NCBI GenBank assembly: GCA_003427395.1 | Contig: BFEA01000039.1 | Location: 1,575,774-1,623,984 of the forward strand | Source: Chara braunii | Taxonomy: Eukaryota; Plantae; Charophyceae | DNA: 48,211 bases | Reading direction: 5' to 3' | In this document: one piece after another, positions 11,661 through 22,985 of the stretch | Layout of the letters: each line of letters starts with the position of its first letter | How positions within the stretch are numbered: the first letter of the stretch is position 1 | The notes under the pieces: generated by a model | What the model saw: only the letters and a program-made list of their open reading frames with translations | What the model was told of the DNA's origin: nothing | Databases searched by the model: none | Position numbers and translations under genes: made by a program

Positions 11661-12655
11661 TGCGGGTGCTCCCCTTTACTCTGTCCGGCCGAGCGCACGT
11701 GCGCCAGGGTGCGCGAGCGCCTGAGTGGGTGCATGCGAATCTCGAGCGCCCATCTCCCGGTGCGTCTGGCTCGCCTGTCCTTACTTGCGCTTCTCTCCGC
11801 GCGTGTCCCCATCCCGTTCGTCTGTATCATGCGCCTGAAGTCTCTGACCGCCTGTCTCCAGCGTGCGAGAAGTCTCCGTGCTCCTCTTCGTGTGTGGCCG
11901 CCTGACTCCGCATGTCCCGAACGCCCCATGCCTGGGCCCGGTTGGGCTTAAGTACTCCGCCGGGCCCTTCCCACAAGTGCGTGTGTGTGTGCCACGGCCT
12001 CCAGTGCACCGAGGCTGCGGAACACTTGCAGCGCCTCGGTACCGTGCCTGCGCCCGGGCCTGATTGGGCCCCCGAAAGGCCACTGGCGCACAAGGCCTTC
12101 TCGCAGGGAACTGGGCCCTCTGCAGCGGCCTGGTACCATGGCTAGTCCCGAGCCTGTCTCAGGCCTGCCGGGGCCTAGGCGGTCCCCACGCAGCCGTGGT
12201 GTCGTTCTTAGGGAAAAATCCAAACTGCCCCGTAAGTGAAAATTGGACCCCTCATTCAATTGGCCTAGCCAGGCCCCGCGTCCTGGCGGGACCGCCCCTT
12301 CGGAGGAACACTCAACCGGCCCAATGGGTCTCTTGCTCGCAGTGCCGGCCTGCGTCATGGTTAGTGAGTCGCGGCCGGATAAAGTAGGCTCCTTGATCGC
12401 TGTGTCGGCCAGCCTCACGGTCGGTGTGTCCCGGTAACGTGAAATAACGTCGAGCATGGTCACCGGCGCCCCATTCTTCGCCGTGTCGTCCCACCGCATG
12501 GTCGGTAATTGTTGGTAACCGTGTCGGTCCCAGTGTTGGCCTGCCTCATAGTTGATGAGGCCCGGCCAGGTAGACTACCGTTGAGCGAGGGTCTCGTCGT
12601 GTGCCCTCGGAAAGGAAGTAAAGGGCGGCGTAGTATTGGAGCCGCCCAACAGCAG

Positions 12656-12673
12656 CCCCCCCCCCCCATTCTC
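12656..12673 (-). promoter_or_regulatory. Polypurine tract
   Basis: Minus strand GAGAATG12, 4 nt before the 3' LTR. Confidence 0.8.
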
Positions 12674-13028
12674 GACGTCCTCGGCGAGCGAGTATTGGGA
12701 TTTGAAGGGAGAAAATTCTGCAAAAGACGGATGACTCGTAATCTCTACCCATCAACCCAAGATCCTCCTTTCTGTCGTGGTTGGATGCGTTTCTTTTGTT
12801 TTTCTTTCTTGGTTGACTTTCTTTTAGTGCCCTTCGTTTTGACGCCTAAGCGCTTGTCTCGTGGAGTGCATCTAACATGCCGACGGTGGTTGTTTTTTGT
12901 GTTTTCTTTTGTCAGGGCATTTTTGATGACTTGTTTAGGTTTTTTGTTTTTCTCCTTTTTTGTCGCCGCCAGCTTTTTGATCTCGGTCTTCGTGTTTTTG
13001 GTGTGTTTGCGCTGGATATGTCGGACCC

Positions 13029-16000
13029 CTAGAAGTTTGTGTTGTGTTTTTTTTTAAGATTGGAGGATTCTGGTACTTGAGAAGTGATTTGTGCGGCCGG
13101 CTTTAGTGCATGCCGATTGGAGGATTCCCCTACTTCGGAGGTGGTTGGTGTTGTGGGTTCTTCTAAGGACTCATCCTTCTTTTTACCTTTTTTTGGGTGC
13201 GTATGGGCGTGATTTTTCTGCCTGATTTTTTCCGTGTGTGGAATATTTTCTGTTCGGTCTTTAAATACTTTAAGACGGGCGTCAGACACCGGTTCCTTCC
13301 ATCTTGTGCTGTCTAATTCCTCTATTAAGTAGGCTCCGCCTTCTAGTCTTTTGACCACTCTACAGGGCCCCATCCATCTGTTTGCTAGCTTCCCTGTCCA
13401 TGTTCTCTCTAATGAGGAGTTATAGAGGAAGACGAGGCTCCCTGTTGGTATCCCTTCTTGCCTGACGCGAAGGTTCCTATCCCATCTTTCTTTCTCTTTT
13501 CCTCTCTGGATCTTTAATTTGTCTATGGTGTCTAGGATGTTATCCTGAAGAGTTTCGGCTATTTGTTTGATTCTTGCGGCCAACAACTGTTCTCTAGTGG
13601 AGATCTCTTCCCAGTCAATCGTTTGCCAAGAGTCGATATGAAATTCTATAGGTAAGGGACAATGGCATCCAAACCATAATGTATAAGGCGGATATCCTGT
13701 AGTTGAGCGAACCGTAATGTTATCTGCCCAGACGGCGAATTTGAAATATTTTGGCCAGTTATTCTCCTTTCCTTCGCACCATTTAGTGAGCGCGTTGACT
13801 AGAGACTGGTGCCCTCTTTCTACAGGAGCGTTAGTTTGGGGATGATATGTTGTGGATAGCGATACTCGTATTCCCGCTTTTTGGAGCAATTCTTGGACTT
13901 TCTTAGCCATAAACTCTGATCCCCTATCCATGACAATTTTGTCAATGCAGCCGTAGCGAGTGATATATTCAGTCAAATAGCCACTAACTGCTTTACCTGT
14001 TTTTTGACGTAGTGGTCATGCCTCCACGAATCCAGTCAAGTCGTCTCTAATGTCCATGATGTAATTCATTCCTCCTTCTCCCTTGGGCATCTTAACTAGG
14101 TCTAAGTGCACTTTCTGGCCTATTGTTGTGGGATAGGAAGGAAATAAGGGTTCTTTATATTTAACTACCGCTCTCTTCTGGCATTCCACGCATGTCAGAC
14201 AGTATGATTCTACGTCCTTATATAGGTCGTCCCAGCAGTAGAGGTTCCTAATTTTTTCAAAAGTTCCTTTTATTCCTCTATGTCCTCTGACGATGCCATC
14301 GTGAAGTTCCACTATTATATCTCGACGCTCGTCCTCATCACAGACGACTCTCATTGGCATTCCATTTTTAGGTGGTCTTTTAAAGAAGTGTCCTGCCTTG
14401 AGGCAATATTGTTGAGCTTCCTTCCTAAGCTTGTCATCTAATTCGATTTCCCCAATAAGATAACACCCTATCTTATGATATTTGCCAATGTATAGATTTT
14501 CAAGAAACAAGGAAGTTCCTCCTGCAACGGACTCTATTTTTAATGAGTTTAAGTCCATTTGTAAAAATTTGTCAATACCACTAGGCGACCCTAGATCTCC
14601 CTCTTCTAGAGGGATTCGCGAGAGACCATCAACAACTGAGTTCTTAGCTCCGGATATTCGCTCTACTAGGTAGTCAAACATCCTTATATGCATGAGTCAT
14701 CTGGTGACCGTTGGATCTGTTAATGAGAAGTCTTTTTGTAAGACAGCTGCCATCGTCGTCGGATCGACCCGCAGTACGAACCTTCGTCCGTAAATATAAT
14801 GTCGGAAAATATTTAAACAATGTAAGACTCCTATAACTTCTTTCTTAAATTGTGAGTAGTTCCTTTCGGTGGCGTTTAAGGTTTTACTCTCGAATCTGAG
14901 AGACCTTTCATTACCGGCTTGATCCTTTTGAGTCACGACTCCACCAACAGAGGCAAGTCCCGCATCCGTACATACGACGAATGGGCGGTTTTCCTCGTCT
15001 TCGAAGTAAGGTACTCCAAGGACTTGACCTCCTTCCTTAAACTCATCTTTTAACGTTCTTACTGTATCCTCTTGTTCACTCGTCCATTGTCATTCTACTC
15101 CCTTGCGCAAGAGCTTTCGTAGGGGTTCGGCTTTTGCAGCATAGCCTTTTATGAAATTCCTCTTGAATCCGACCACTCCTAAAAACTGACGTATGTCATT
15201 AATATGTCTGAGGGGAGTTGGCCATTTCATAAGTTTTTCTAACTTTGCCGGATCTGGGCGTCTGCCATCCTTGTCGCAGATGTAACATAATATCTTTATA
15301 GAAGATACTGCCCATCTGTTTTTTGTTCCACTGACCGTAAGGTTTGCATCCTCTAACTTCACTAGTACTTTCTTGATATCCTCTGCGTCGGTGGCTATGA
15401 ATTTCCTCAGTCTCGGTCTTACCTCTGTCTCATCTTTATCGTATAGTCTTTTGATCGGAAAGTCATCTAGGAAGACCTCTACCAGATTTGGTATGAGTTC
15501 GCCGAGAACGGCAACCATGACTCTCTGAAAGACTGCAACACCGTTAGTCCACCCCATAGATACCACCGTCATTTGAACTAAGCCTAACGGTGTGTGCAAC
15601 TCAGTTAGATGTCGGTCTCTGTAGTCTAACGGTATCTCATCATATCCCGAAAAAAAGTCGCAGACTAAGTAAATTGAACGTCCTGCTGAGACTTCAGATA
15701 GGAGATCCGCGTTTGGGATGGACCCAACGTCCCTCACTGTGACCTTATTTGTCTTCTGCAAGTCTTGTATCCATCGTAGTTTGCCGTTTGATTTCCCTAT
15801 GAAGAACCAACGATTCACGTAGGCGCTCTCACAAGGTTCTGCTACAAATGTCCTTATCTTCTCCTTGTGGAAGTCTACTATCATCTCCTTTTTCTTTTGT
15901 GCACACTTCCATCCTGCATCGTTCCATGGAGTGTGAGGGACCGTATAGATTCTTGCAGGTTTAACATATCGTGGATCTATTCGCCCTTTTTCTGCGTCAC

Positions 16001-16286
16001 AAAAGGCCTTGTCGCATGATCTTAATGTTTCTATTACGAGTTCTTTCTCCTTTTTCGTTATGTTTCCGTCGCCTATATCCATTTTCTTTAACCTGTCTTC
16101 AGTGATTCTCTGCCCTTCAGTGGCCTTTCGTTCCCGGATCATCTGAGTAATTTCTTCTTCAGTGATCCCTATTTCCCCGGTCCTATCACGGATGACCGCG
16201 GATGGCTTGACTTTTTGGGCTACAGTTTTGTATTTTTTTCCCCCGCCGTGTGAGGGAATTCCTCCAAAAAAGAAAGGTTTATACAT
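13029..16286 (-). pseudogene. pol: pol: reverse transcriptase, RNase H and integrase in one frame with 3 premature TGA stops
   Basis: RT: DFFSGYDEI, MGWTNGVAVFQ, VFLDD. RNase H: VVCTDA, KKEVIG, RVDP, VVDGLSR. Integrase: HDGIVRGH...CVEC, HLD, MDRGSEF, PVERGH and a GPY/F-like WMGPCRV; no chromodomain. ORFs starting 16286, 14936, 14693 and 13976 share one frame. Confidence 0.95.
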
Positions 16287-17293
16287 CCACCGAATTCCTC
16301 GTTGTCAGCCTCTTTCTCATAGACTGTTCCGTCTACCATATACTTAGTTTCGAGGTCCTCAACGTCAATTGTTTTTCCTCTCACTTTATGCGGTCCTAGT
16401 GTAAGGTCTTCAGATATCATTTGGCAACTTCTTGTGTTCAGTCGTCCTTTATTTTGCAATGAAATTTTGTGACGGTTGTCAAATTCGTTCACGGTCTTCA
16501 AGGTAAGTCTGCTACCTTGAGGTCCGTCTATGGTAACCGTCTGACTTCCGTCCCGTTTATTTTCGGTGGTGGCGTTGACCCGTGTCAGCCATGTTTTTCC
16601 AAGAATTATTTCTGACGAACAGTTCTCAACTGTAAAGACGGGCACAGTGACCTCAACTCCAGCAATCACGATCTTGGCTTTGTGGCATACCCCGAGCGCA
16701 TGTTGCTTGAGTTTGTTAGCGGATATCATGGTCATAGCGACACTCCTGTCTACCTCTAAGCCAAGGTTTCTGACCACCTTGTCCTCACAAACGGTAGACT
16801 CGGAGCCGTTGTCGACTATAGCCTCCATCCCTATGTCATTGACTGTGACGTTGAGCTTTGCACTGACAAGGACGTAAAAGTAGTTGCTTCCGCCTTCGCT
16901 GGTTTGTACTCGTTGGTCTCCTTCGGTTAGTGCCGTTAGGACTGAGGTTTTCACCTCCTCCTTCTGTTGTCCAAAAGTTGTCTCTTGTAGCGGTACTTTA
17001 GTTTTCTTCATCATGCCTATTAATTCATCCCTCGCCGGGCCACAGCCTGCTATGAATTCCTTGAGGGTGATAGGGATTGGCATATCTATGGCCCTTCTTA
17101 AAGGTTTTCGTAAATCGATTTCATCTAGCGAGCTTTTAAGGTGAAACTTCTTGGCTGCTCGTTTTCTAGGGGATTGTGGTGACTTTGGCGGTCTGTCATA
17201 GGTTGATCTTGATCCTCTTTCTTTGTATTGCTCGCCGACCTCGCCGATGCCTTGGGTGCATACGTAAACTTCTGCTGTTTTACGTCTCTTCAA
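16220..17293 (-). pseudogene. Gag-pol linker and aspartic protease
   Basis: AIVDNGSES catalytic motif and ILGKTWL; frame-shifted relative to both gag and RT. Confidence 0.85.
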
Positions 17294-18863
17294 ACTTAAT
17301 GGATGAAATTCTTATGCTTGGGTTTTCTATTTGTTCGTCGAAATCATCCTCGAAGGTTACTCGGGAGAGCTTTGCTGGCATATGATCCTGAGATCGCTTG
17401 CCCTTTGCTTCATTCATCCTTCTCCTGCGGATATCCACATCAATCTTCATCGAGGGCAAGAAGGGTACCGGTTTGCCTTCTTTAGCCCAAATGACGTATT
17501 TTCGATCGTCGAGTTCAATGATGCCCTCTTTTAGTGCGTCTAACATTGCTTGACAATCTCTTTTGCGGTGGTCTTCATCTCCGCAGTATATACATGCTTT
17601 ATCATTCCATGTTCGCTTTGGGCTAGGGTCGGTTTTGTCGCGCGTGGTCCGGACAAGGGTTTCCTCCTTTGTCTGGTTATTACTTTGCAATCTCTCTACT
17701 ACCGCCTTTAGTACTTTTATTTGTCTTGTCATCTCCTCTTCTCGTCTGTCTGGTCTTTTTGCTTCTATCTCATCTTTTGGCTTCCACCTGTTATCCTTTG
17801 TATTTGACCACTTGGAGGTTCCCCATTCCACGTCGTTTCTTTTCCAGTCACTCCTGCTTCTTTTTCTCCATTCGCCCTCGTTTTTTATTGTGTCCCCTCT
17901 TCTAGGTGAGCTCGCGTAGGTGTCCATTCCTTCAGTTCTGGGTCTCCTATCCTCGAATTGCGATTTTTCTCCTCCTTTTTCTGTAGTTACGCCTTTTCCT
18001 AGGTTGTCAAGAACCCTCGAGAGGTGTGTTTTCGCGCTTTGGCCTTCGGTGTCATGGGTTAAGACTTTGACTTGGCTGAACGTGACCTTAGAGGGGAGGT
18101 CCCTCATAATCTTGTCTCGCTTTTCTCGAGACAGAAATCCTAGGAATATCCCGCACCTTTTTATTTCACCCATAAATCCACCTTCTACTAGAGGGTTCGA
18201 AGCCTTCTCATATCTCCTTGCGAACGCTACTAGATTCTCGTCCTCCTGTTTTTTCATTTCTTTGAGATGTTCTATTGAATAGGATGTTTCATCCCATGCG
18301 AAGATTCTTGTAATCCTTTCTCTGAATATTAGTCAATGCCAACTGTCCGGAATGACTTCTCTTACTTCGCGATCCATCTTGGGGGCTGTGTGGTGGAGTA
18401 GATTTATAATCATCTCTTGATCGCTCCATTTTGCTCTCATCCCCAGTACCTCCCAGTCGTCTAAGAATTCTGAAACATTCTTCCCTATGAAGATTGTTTG
18501 GATTCCGGACAGTGCCGGTAATTGGAAGGTTTGTGCTCCTAGGAAGGGGGATATGTAGGAGTCTGTTGCGTATGCCATTCTGTAAGGTTGGCTCGTGGTT
18601 TCCCTATATGGTTCCCTTGTACCAGGATCCGAGAATCGGGCTACTCTATTCCTGTTTAAAACGTTTTTCCTCCACCCTTCACTTTTGGAAGTGCGTTCCT
18701 CGAGTTCTGTGGCTGTAATTTCTACCTCTTTTAGGGTCTTCCTCAATTTTTAGGCGTCCTTTGTGACATCAGTTGTCATTTTCCTAATTGGAGTGCTCGT
18801 CCTTGATTCTTGTGTTTTGACTTCGCCGTCTATCGAAGATAGATAGACTCCTTCCGCATCCAT
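17280..18863 (-). pseudogene. gag: Gag (capsid region plus CCHC zinc knuckle), with premature stops
   Basis: ATG 18863 is in frame with ORFs 18333-18746 (FIGKNVSEFLDDWE) and 17280-18257 (CIYCGDEDHRKRDC = CX2CX4HX4C). Confidence 0.85.
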
Positions 18864-18872
18864 ATTTTTCCC

Positions 18873-19382
18873 TCACTCTTCCAGAAGTTGATCCAAGGCG
18901 ACTTTAACTCTTTCCGTCGATTCTTCTAGTAGTTCTTGCAATGTGTTGAAGTCCTCGTCTTTTCCTTCAGCTTTGACGACTAAGGCGGTAGCTAAAACGG
19001 TTTGTAGGTAGCGTGAGTTGGCCTCCAACGTATTTAAGGATATCCCATCAACTATTACGTTGGCGAGTTCTGCTAGAGCTCGAGCGTCCTCTCTTAATTT
19101 TTCTACAGATGTGGTTATCGTCTCTTGCCAGGTGCGTGGGATTGTTTGTCCACTAGGGTTGACAGTAAGGATTTGTATTTTTACTAGAAAGAGCTCTCCT
19201 GCAGCTTTCCAGACGGTACACTTCCTGACTTCTATTACTATTTTTGTGGCGCACTCGGTTTCCTCTTCTTGGTTTAATTGTTCATTATGTACTGCTTCCA
19301 CTAGGACTCGTACTAAGGACCCTTCTCTTTCTGCTCTGCCTGAGATACTAAATTTTTATTTTCTAGGTTCGACATTAGTCAT
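18873..19382 (-). pseudogene. Extra ORF immediately upstream of gag (~169 aa, one internal TAA)
   Basis: ATG 7 nt after the previous stop; ends TGA 9 nt before the gag ATG, in the same frame. Confidence 0.55.
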
Positions 19383-19389
19383 TCCTTTG

Positions 19390-19698
19390 TTAGTTAGTTT
19401 CTTCTTGGTCTTGCTTCAGGAGTCTCGCAATGAAATCATTTCGCCATCCTATAATGTTATCTCTTTCCTCTCTATAGAATATAACAAGACGTTCGATGCA
19501 TTTTTCCAGTCTATTTAAGTCGGCTTCGTCCGTAGAGCCGCGTCATTCGTGGTATTTTGCTAGCGACTCTTCGACCTTTCTCTCAATTGGGTTTAAGTAT
19601 ACTTTTAGGATGGCATCAATTTTTGGATCTCTTCCCCTTACACATGTGTTCGTGCTTCTTGAATTGTCTCTTCCTTCTCTATCTCGCACTTCATCCAT
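19390..19698 (-). pseudogene. Extra ORF (~102 aa, one internal TGA; helical-looking)
   Basis: Manual translation MDEVRD...IDAILKVYLNPIERKVEESLAKYHE*RGS...CIERLVIFYREERDNIIGWRNDFIARLLKQDQEETN*. Confidence 0.5.
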
Positions 19699-19913
19699 CC
19701 CTCAGTCCAAATCATCACACTGTAGGCTATGTGATTCTCTGTTTTAACTTGTGGTAGTGCCCTTGGTCTTTCACGCTCTATAGCTTCTTGTGCCAATCTT
19801 CGGCAATCTAATGTGTTTAATGCTCTAGAGGTTCGGATCCTACTAATGGAAGTTATAGTCCCTGCAAAGGATACCCGATTCACTTCCTCTTCATCAGTTA
19901 CCGTTCCTGGCAT
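19638..19913 (-). CDS. Extra ORF (91 aa, unknown)
   Basis: ATG overlaps the preceding ORF by 20 nt; part of the packed array. Confidence 0.45.
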   Translation of the reverse strand: MPGTVTDEEEVNRVSFAGTITSISRIRTSRALNTLDCRRLAQEAIERERPRALPQVKTENHIAYSVMIWTEGWMKCEIEKEETIQEARTHV

Positions 19914-20355
19914 TATTGAGTTGGTCTTGCATCCTCTTGACCTTCCATACGAGGTCTATTACGGCTGACCATTCATTGTTAGCGAGCGTAAGCCCTTCAA
20001 CTAACGGCGACGGTATTCCAATAAACGGCCTAACATAGGTACTCCACGAGAAATTTACCCTTAATTGTTGGAGTCTTCTCTTCTCGTCATGCACTATGTT
20101 CGAGGCCCGTTGCCAACAACGACCTTTTTCGTCTTCCTTAAACCTATGTTGCGGTACGTATATTCCCACATCATACTCATCAAGGTTGATGAAGTAGTAG
20201 GTGATGACATACATACCATCAATCCCCCATCCCTGACTCTTTAGACCTTCGTATCTCACGATCTCATATGGGATCACTGCTCTCTTCGATATAGAGTTAA
20301 GGGAACGGACCAACTTCCTCGACTTCCCCTCCTCTAACCTCCTACATCTCCTCAT
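19894..20355 (-). CDS. Extra ORF, repeat-domain copy 3 (153 aa)
   Basis: IPYEIV...YVIT...EYDVGIYVP...CWQRA...EKRRL...WST...IPSP. Confidence 0.65.
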   Translation of the reverse strand: MRRCRRLEEGKSRKLVRSLNSISKRAVIPYEIVRYEGLKSQGWGIDGMYVITYYFINLDEYDVGIYVPQHRFKEDEKGRCWQRASNIVHDEKRRLQQLRVNFSWSTYVRPFIGIPSPLVEGLTLANNEWSAVIDLVWKVKRMQDQLNNARNGN

Positions 20356-20436
20356 CCTTGGTCAACTCCCTTAGCATGGCTCCTAATCCTGCTCTTGATC
20401 TTGAAAGTTTTCTCTCTCTTACTAGTCTCCTTTGCA

Positions 20437-20640
20437 CTAATCCTTCACTGCCCTCATGATTCCTATTAATCTTCCTCTGTCATCTCTTATCTCGTACTCA
20501 CCTTCTACTCCAAACAGGTCTGTGTCAAGGTAGAGTTCCCCTTCTTGATCTCGTAGGCAAGAGGTTCCTCTCTTAATCTCTATCAACCCTGTTTCATCAG
20601 ATCGAACTCTTCTACAGATTGTCGTGCCTAGAGTACGCAA
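20437..20640 (-). pseudogene. Extra ORF fragment, second linker copy (DTDLFG)
   Basis: In frame with 20731-21255 across three stops; DTDLFGVE resembles DIDLFGFE; RRLVRER follows in an adjacent frame. Confidence 0.45.
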
Positions 20641-20730
20641 GTCCTCTTAGGTCCATTCCGTCAAAAGTCTGAGCAGCTCCTGGGACCTCCACGCTGTCTT
20701 AGTTCACTTGTTATATCCCCCCCAGGCGGG

Positions 20731-21546
20731 CTATTCTCGTTCCCTCTGGCCATTCGGTTTATGGTGCCGGTTTATGAAATCAATTATTAGACCTCGGTCG
20801 ATGCCTATCAACACTCCGTAAGGAATCCACGGTCTAGGCAAGTCTTCAAAAACCCTGATTTCGGTGCTCCAAGCGACTTCTTTCTTTAAGGAAAGGAGCC
20901 TATCCTTCTCGACCTCTACCACTTCTCTCGCTCTTTGCCAACAACATCCGTACACTAAATCTTCCGACCTCTCCGTTAGTAAGTAAATGCCTACGTCTCT
21001 TACCTCAGTCCCTAGGAAGCGCGCGGTCATAACATAGAGGCGGCTTAGTTCCCATGCGTTGTCGACCATCTCATAGGCCTCCACCTCATACGGAAACTCC
21101 TCCCTTCTTCCTAGGGTACTCAAGGATGCACACACCGCATCAAACTTCTCTTGCGGCGGTCGGTTCCCAGCGATGATCTTGTTATCCCACTCCTCAAGTT
21201 TCTCTGCAGACTTCGTATGCCTTACTCGTTCATGGCCCAACATTTTTTTAGCCACGCCCGCCTAACACAACCGGACTCGTTCCCTGACCAGACGACAGTA
21301 TTTTCTCCCAGAGGTCCCTAGTCTTTCCACCTTCAGTAGATATCTGATCTCGGTTTGGTTGGTAATTACCCTCAAAGTCGACTCCCTCATACGATTCAAA
21401 TAAGGTTGTATGAGTTCAAGCTCTTCAAACCCAAAAAGATCTATATCAGGAATTCGGAGGGTGGCCTTAACTTTTACCATTCTCTCTTCCACGATAGCCC
21501 TGAAGGAGAATTGTTCCCTAAGACCCGATATCCTTACCGACCCCAA
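20731..21546 (-). pseudogene. Extra ORF: linker (DIDLFG...RLVRER) plus repeat-domain copy 2
   Basis: ORFs 21262-21546 and 20731-21255 are in frame across one TAG; FPYEVE...DVGIY...CWQRA...WST...LPRP. Confidence 0.65.
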
Positions 21547-21953
21547 CTCCTTGCTCTGAGCGCCATATTAATTAAAGGCTCCCAGTTCTTGCCGTCAGTA
21601 AAACTATCAGGTAGAATAGGTTTTGGAACCTCATAGAATAGGACCGGTGATGAGTCACTGATTACTTTCTCCCCTCTCCTTTCTAATTCCTTCCTTTCCT
21701 GGTTGATGACGGTTTTAATCCAGTTTCTAAGCGACTCTCGATCAGTTCCTCTCTCTCTCAATAGAGGTATATAGGGCCTAATGTCGTACTCCCCTGTATC
21801 AAGGTGTTTTACCACAAGGACGTAGGCTTTCCCAGGAGCGTGGCGTTCCTCCAACGATATACAACTTTCTATTTTGTAAGGAAACGCCCCCCCGCTAGTA
21901 ATAGGGACTAAGGCGTCTAGGGCCGGTGTGACCCTAGGGCAATAACCTGACAT
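21534..21953 (-). CDS. Extra ORF, repeat-domain copy 1 (139 aa)
   Basis: FPYKIE...YVLV...EYDIRPYIP...ERKEL...FYEVPKP aligns with copies 2 and 3. Confidence 0.65.
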   Translation of the reverse strand: MSGYCPRVTPALDALVPITSGGAFPYKIESCISLEERHAPGKAYVLVVKHLDTGEYDIRPYIPLLRERGTDRESLRNWIKTVINQERKELERRGEKVISDSSPVLFYEVPKPILPDSFTDGKNWEPLINMALRARSWGR

Positions 21954-21999
21954 TTTCCATTCTGTATCCTCTTATCGTTACCCTTCTGCGTCACCGAGG

Positions 22000-22470
22000 T
22001 CACTCTAGGCCCATCCAGATCCCCAGTCCTAGCCATTGTCCCTCGACATAATCTTCTATTTCACTGGCGCTCCTGAAGTACCCCTCTCTTTCCTCAGGGA
22101 AATCTCCGACGTCTTCCCACTCTTCACGAATGTCTTCCCTTAATCGTTCCCACTCGGCTAGATCCCAATTTTCTTCCCCGTACTCCACGTCTTCGTCGTT
22201 TACGGCCTATGTCCCTTCGAAGTATGTCCGGAGTTCGAAGAACCCAATGAGTGACCCTTCCCTAACCGACGAGTCGTATCCTGGAGTTCCGTATAACTCG
22301 TCTATACCAGCTAGGTGGCTCGACGGCTACCTCAGGGCTCTATCCAAAGCAGTCCAGAACTCGGCCGGTTGATCAAACCTCGGCGCTTCTCTGAGACCTC
22401 TAGGTGAGATAGCTCTAATTAGCTCCACCAATTCTAAAGCCGACTCCCCGAACTTGGACCCTTCAAAGCT
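22000..22470 (-). pseudogene. Decayed extra coding segment with an acidic C-terminus
   Basis: Reads FGESALELVELIRAI...PAEFWTALDRALR*...FEGT*AVNDEDVEYGEENWDLAEWE...; TAG stops are consistent with C>T decay. Confidence 0.5.
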
Positions 22471-22544
22471 TGTTCGGGTTGGGGCAAGAACCCTTCTCTA
22501 GCCAGTCGAAGCGAGACCACTACTGACCTATATTCCCTGTCATA

Positions 22545-22985
22545 TCAGCGTTCCTTCCCCCTTAGCTTGTCGACCACTTCCTGCAGTATACGTCGCGCTG
22601 TTACCTCGTCTGCCCAAGTATGAGAGTCGAGACTCGGAATTACCCCTAAGACCGGATCCCACCGACTTCGTTCTACAACTTGGAAAACTATGTCCGCTAG
22701 ATCGGAAGACTGATAGTAGAGGAAACCTCTGACCGCCAATTCTTGGGATTCTGCTATTAGCCTGCCTCTCCTGTCGAACTCACACCCTACCTGGGGCGCG
22801 ACCAGCAACCAGACCCTCGGCCTCAACAGGATAGATCTCCACTCCTTATCTACTTTATCCAAATATCCTCGCCTGACAGCTTGCCCGGGTAAGGTAAATT
22901 TCACCCAATCTTCTCCAATGAACTCGGTTTCCCTATAGTCGAAGTGGCAAAGCTCAACTGGGTGCTCTATCTCGTCGTGAGGCAT
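22545..22985 (-). CDS. Extra ORF-b (146 aa, unknown; may have continued toward 22000)
   Basis: ATG immediately after the ORF-a stop; the frame stays open for ~36 codons past the TGA (YDREYRSVVV...). Confidence 0.65.
   Translation of the reverse strand: MPHDEIEHPVELCHFDYRETEFIGEDWVKFTLPGQAVRRGYLDKVDKEWRSILLRPRVWLLVAPQVGCEFDRRGRLIAESQELAVRGFLYYQSSDLADIVFQVVERSRWDPVLGVIPSLDSHTWADEVTARRILQEVVDKLRGKER

Larger units (their letters stand above)
9195..12651 (-). repeat. 3' LTR of the Gypsy element (~3.46 kb including 800 N)
   Basis: Begins tgtcgacc, ends gccgcccaaca; adjacent to the PPT. Confidence 0.95.

Noticed and set aside
10813-12499. Many overlapping Arg/Ala/Cys-rich ORFs in the LTRs (including the 439-aa ORF at 26188-27507)
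   Set aside because: GC-rich, stop-poor repeats open in several frames; boundaries are not conserved between the two LTRs
12509-13057. 182-aa hydrophobic + strand ORF after integrase (env-like?)
   Set aside because: Antisense to pol, overlaps the LTR and PPT, and the Phe/Val content just reflects a T-rich strand
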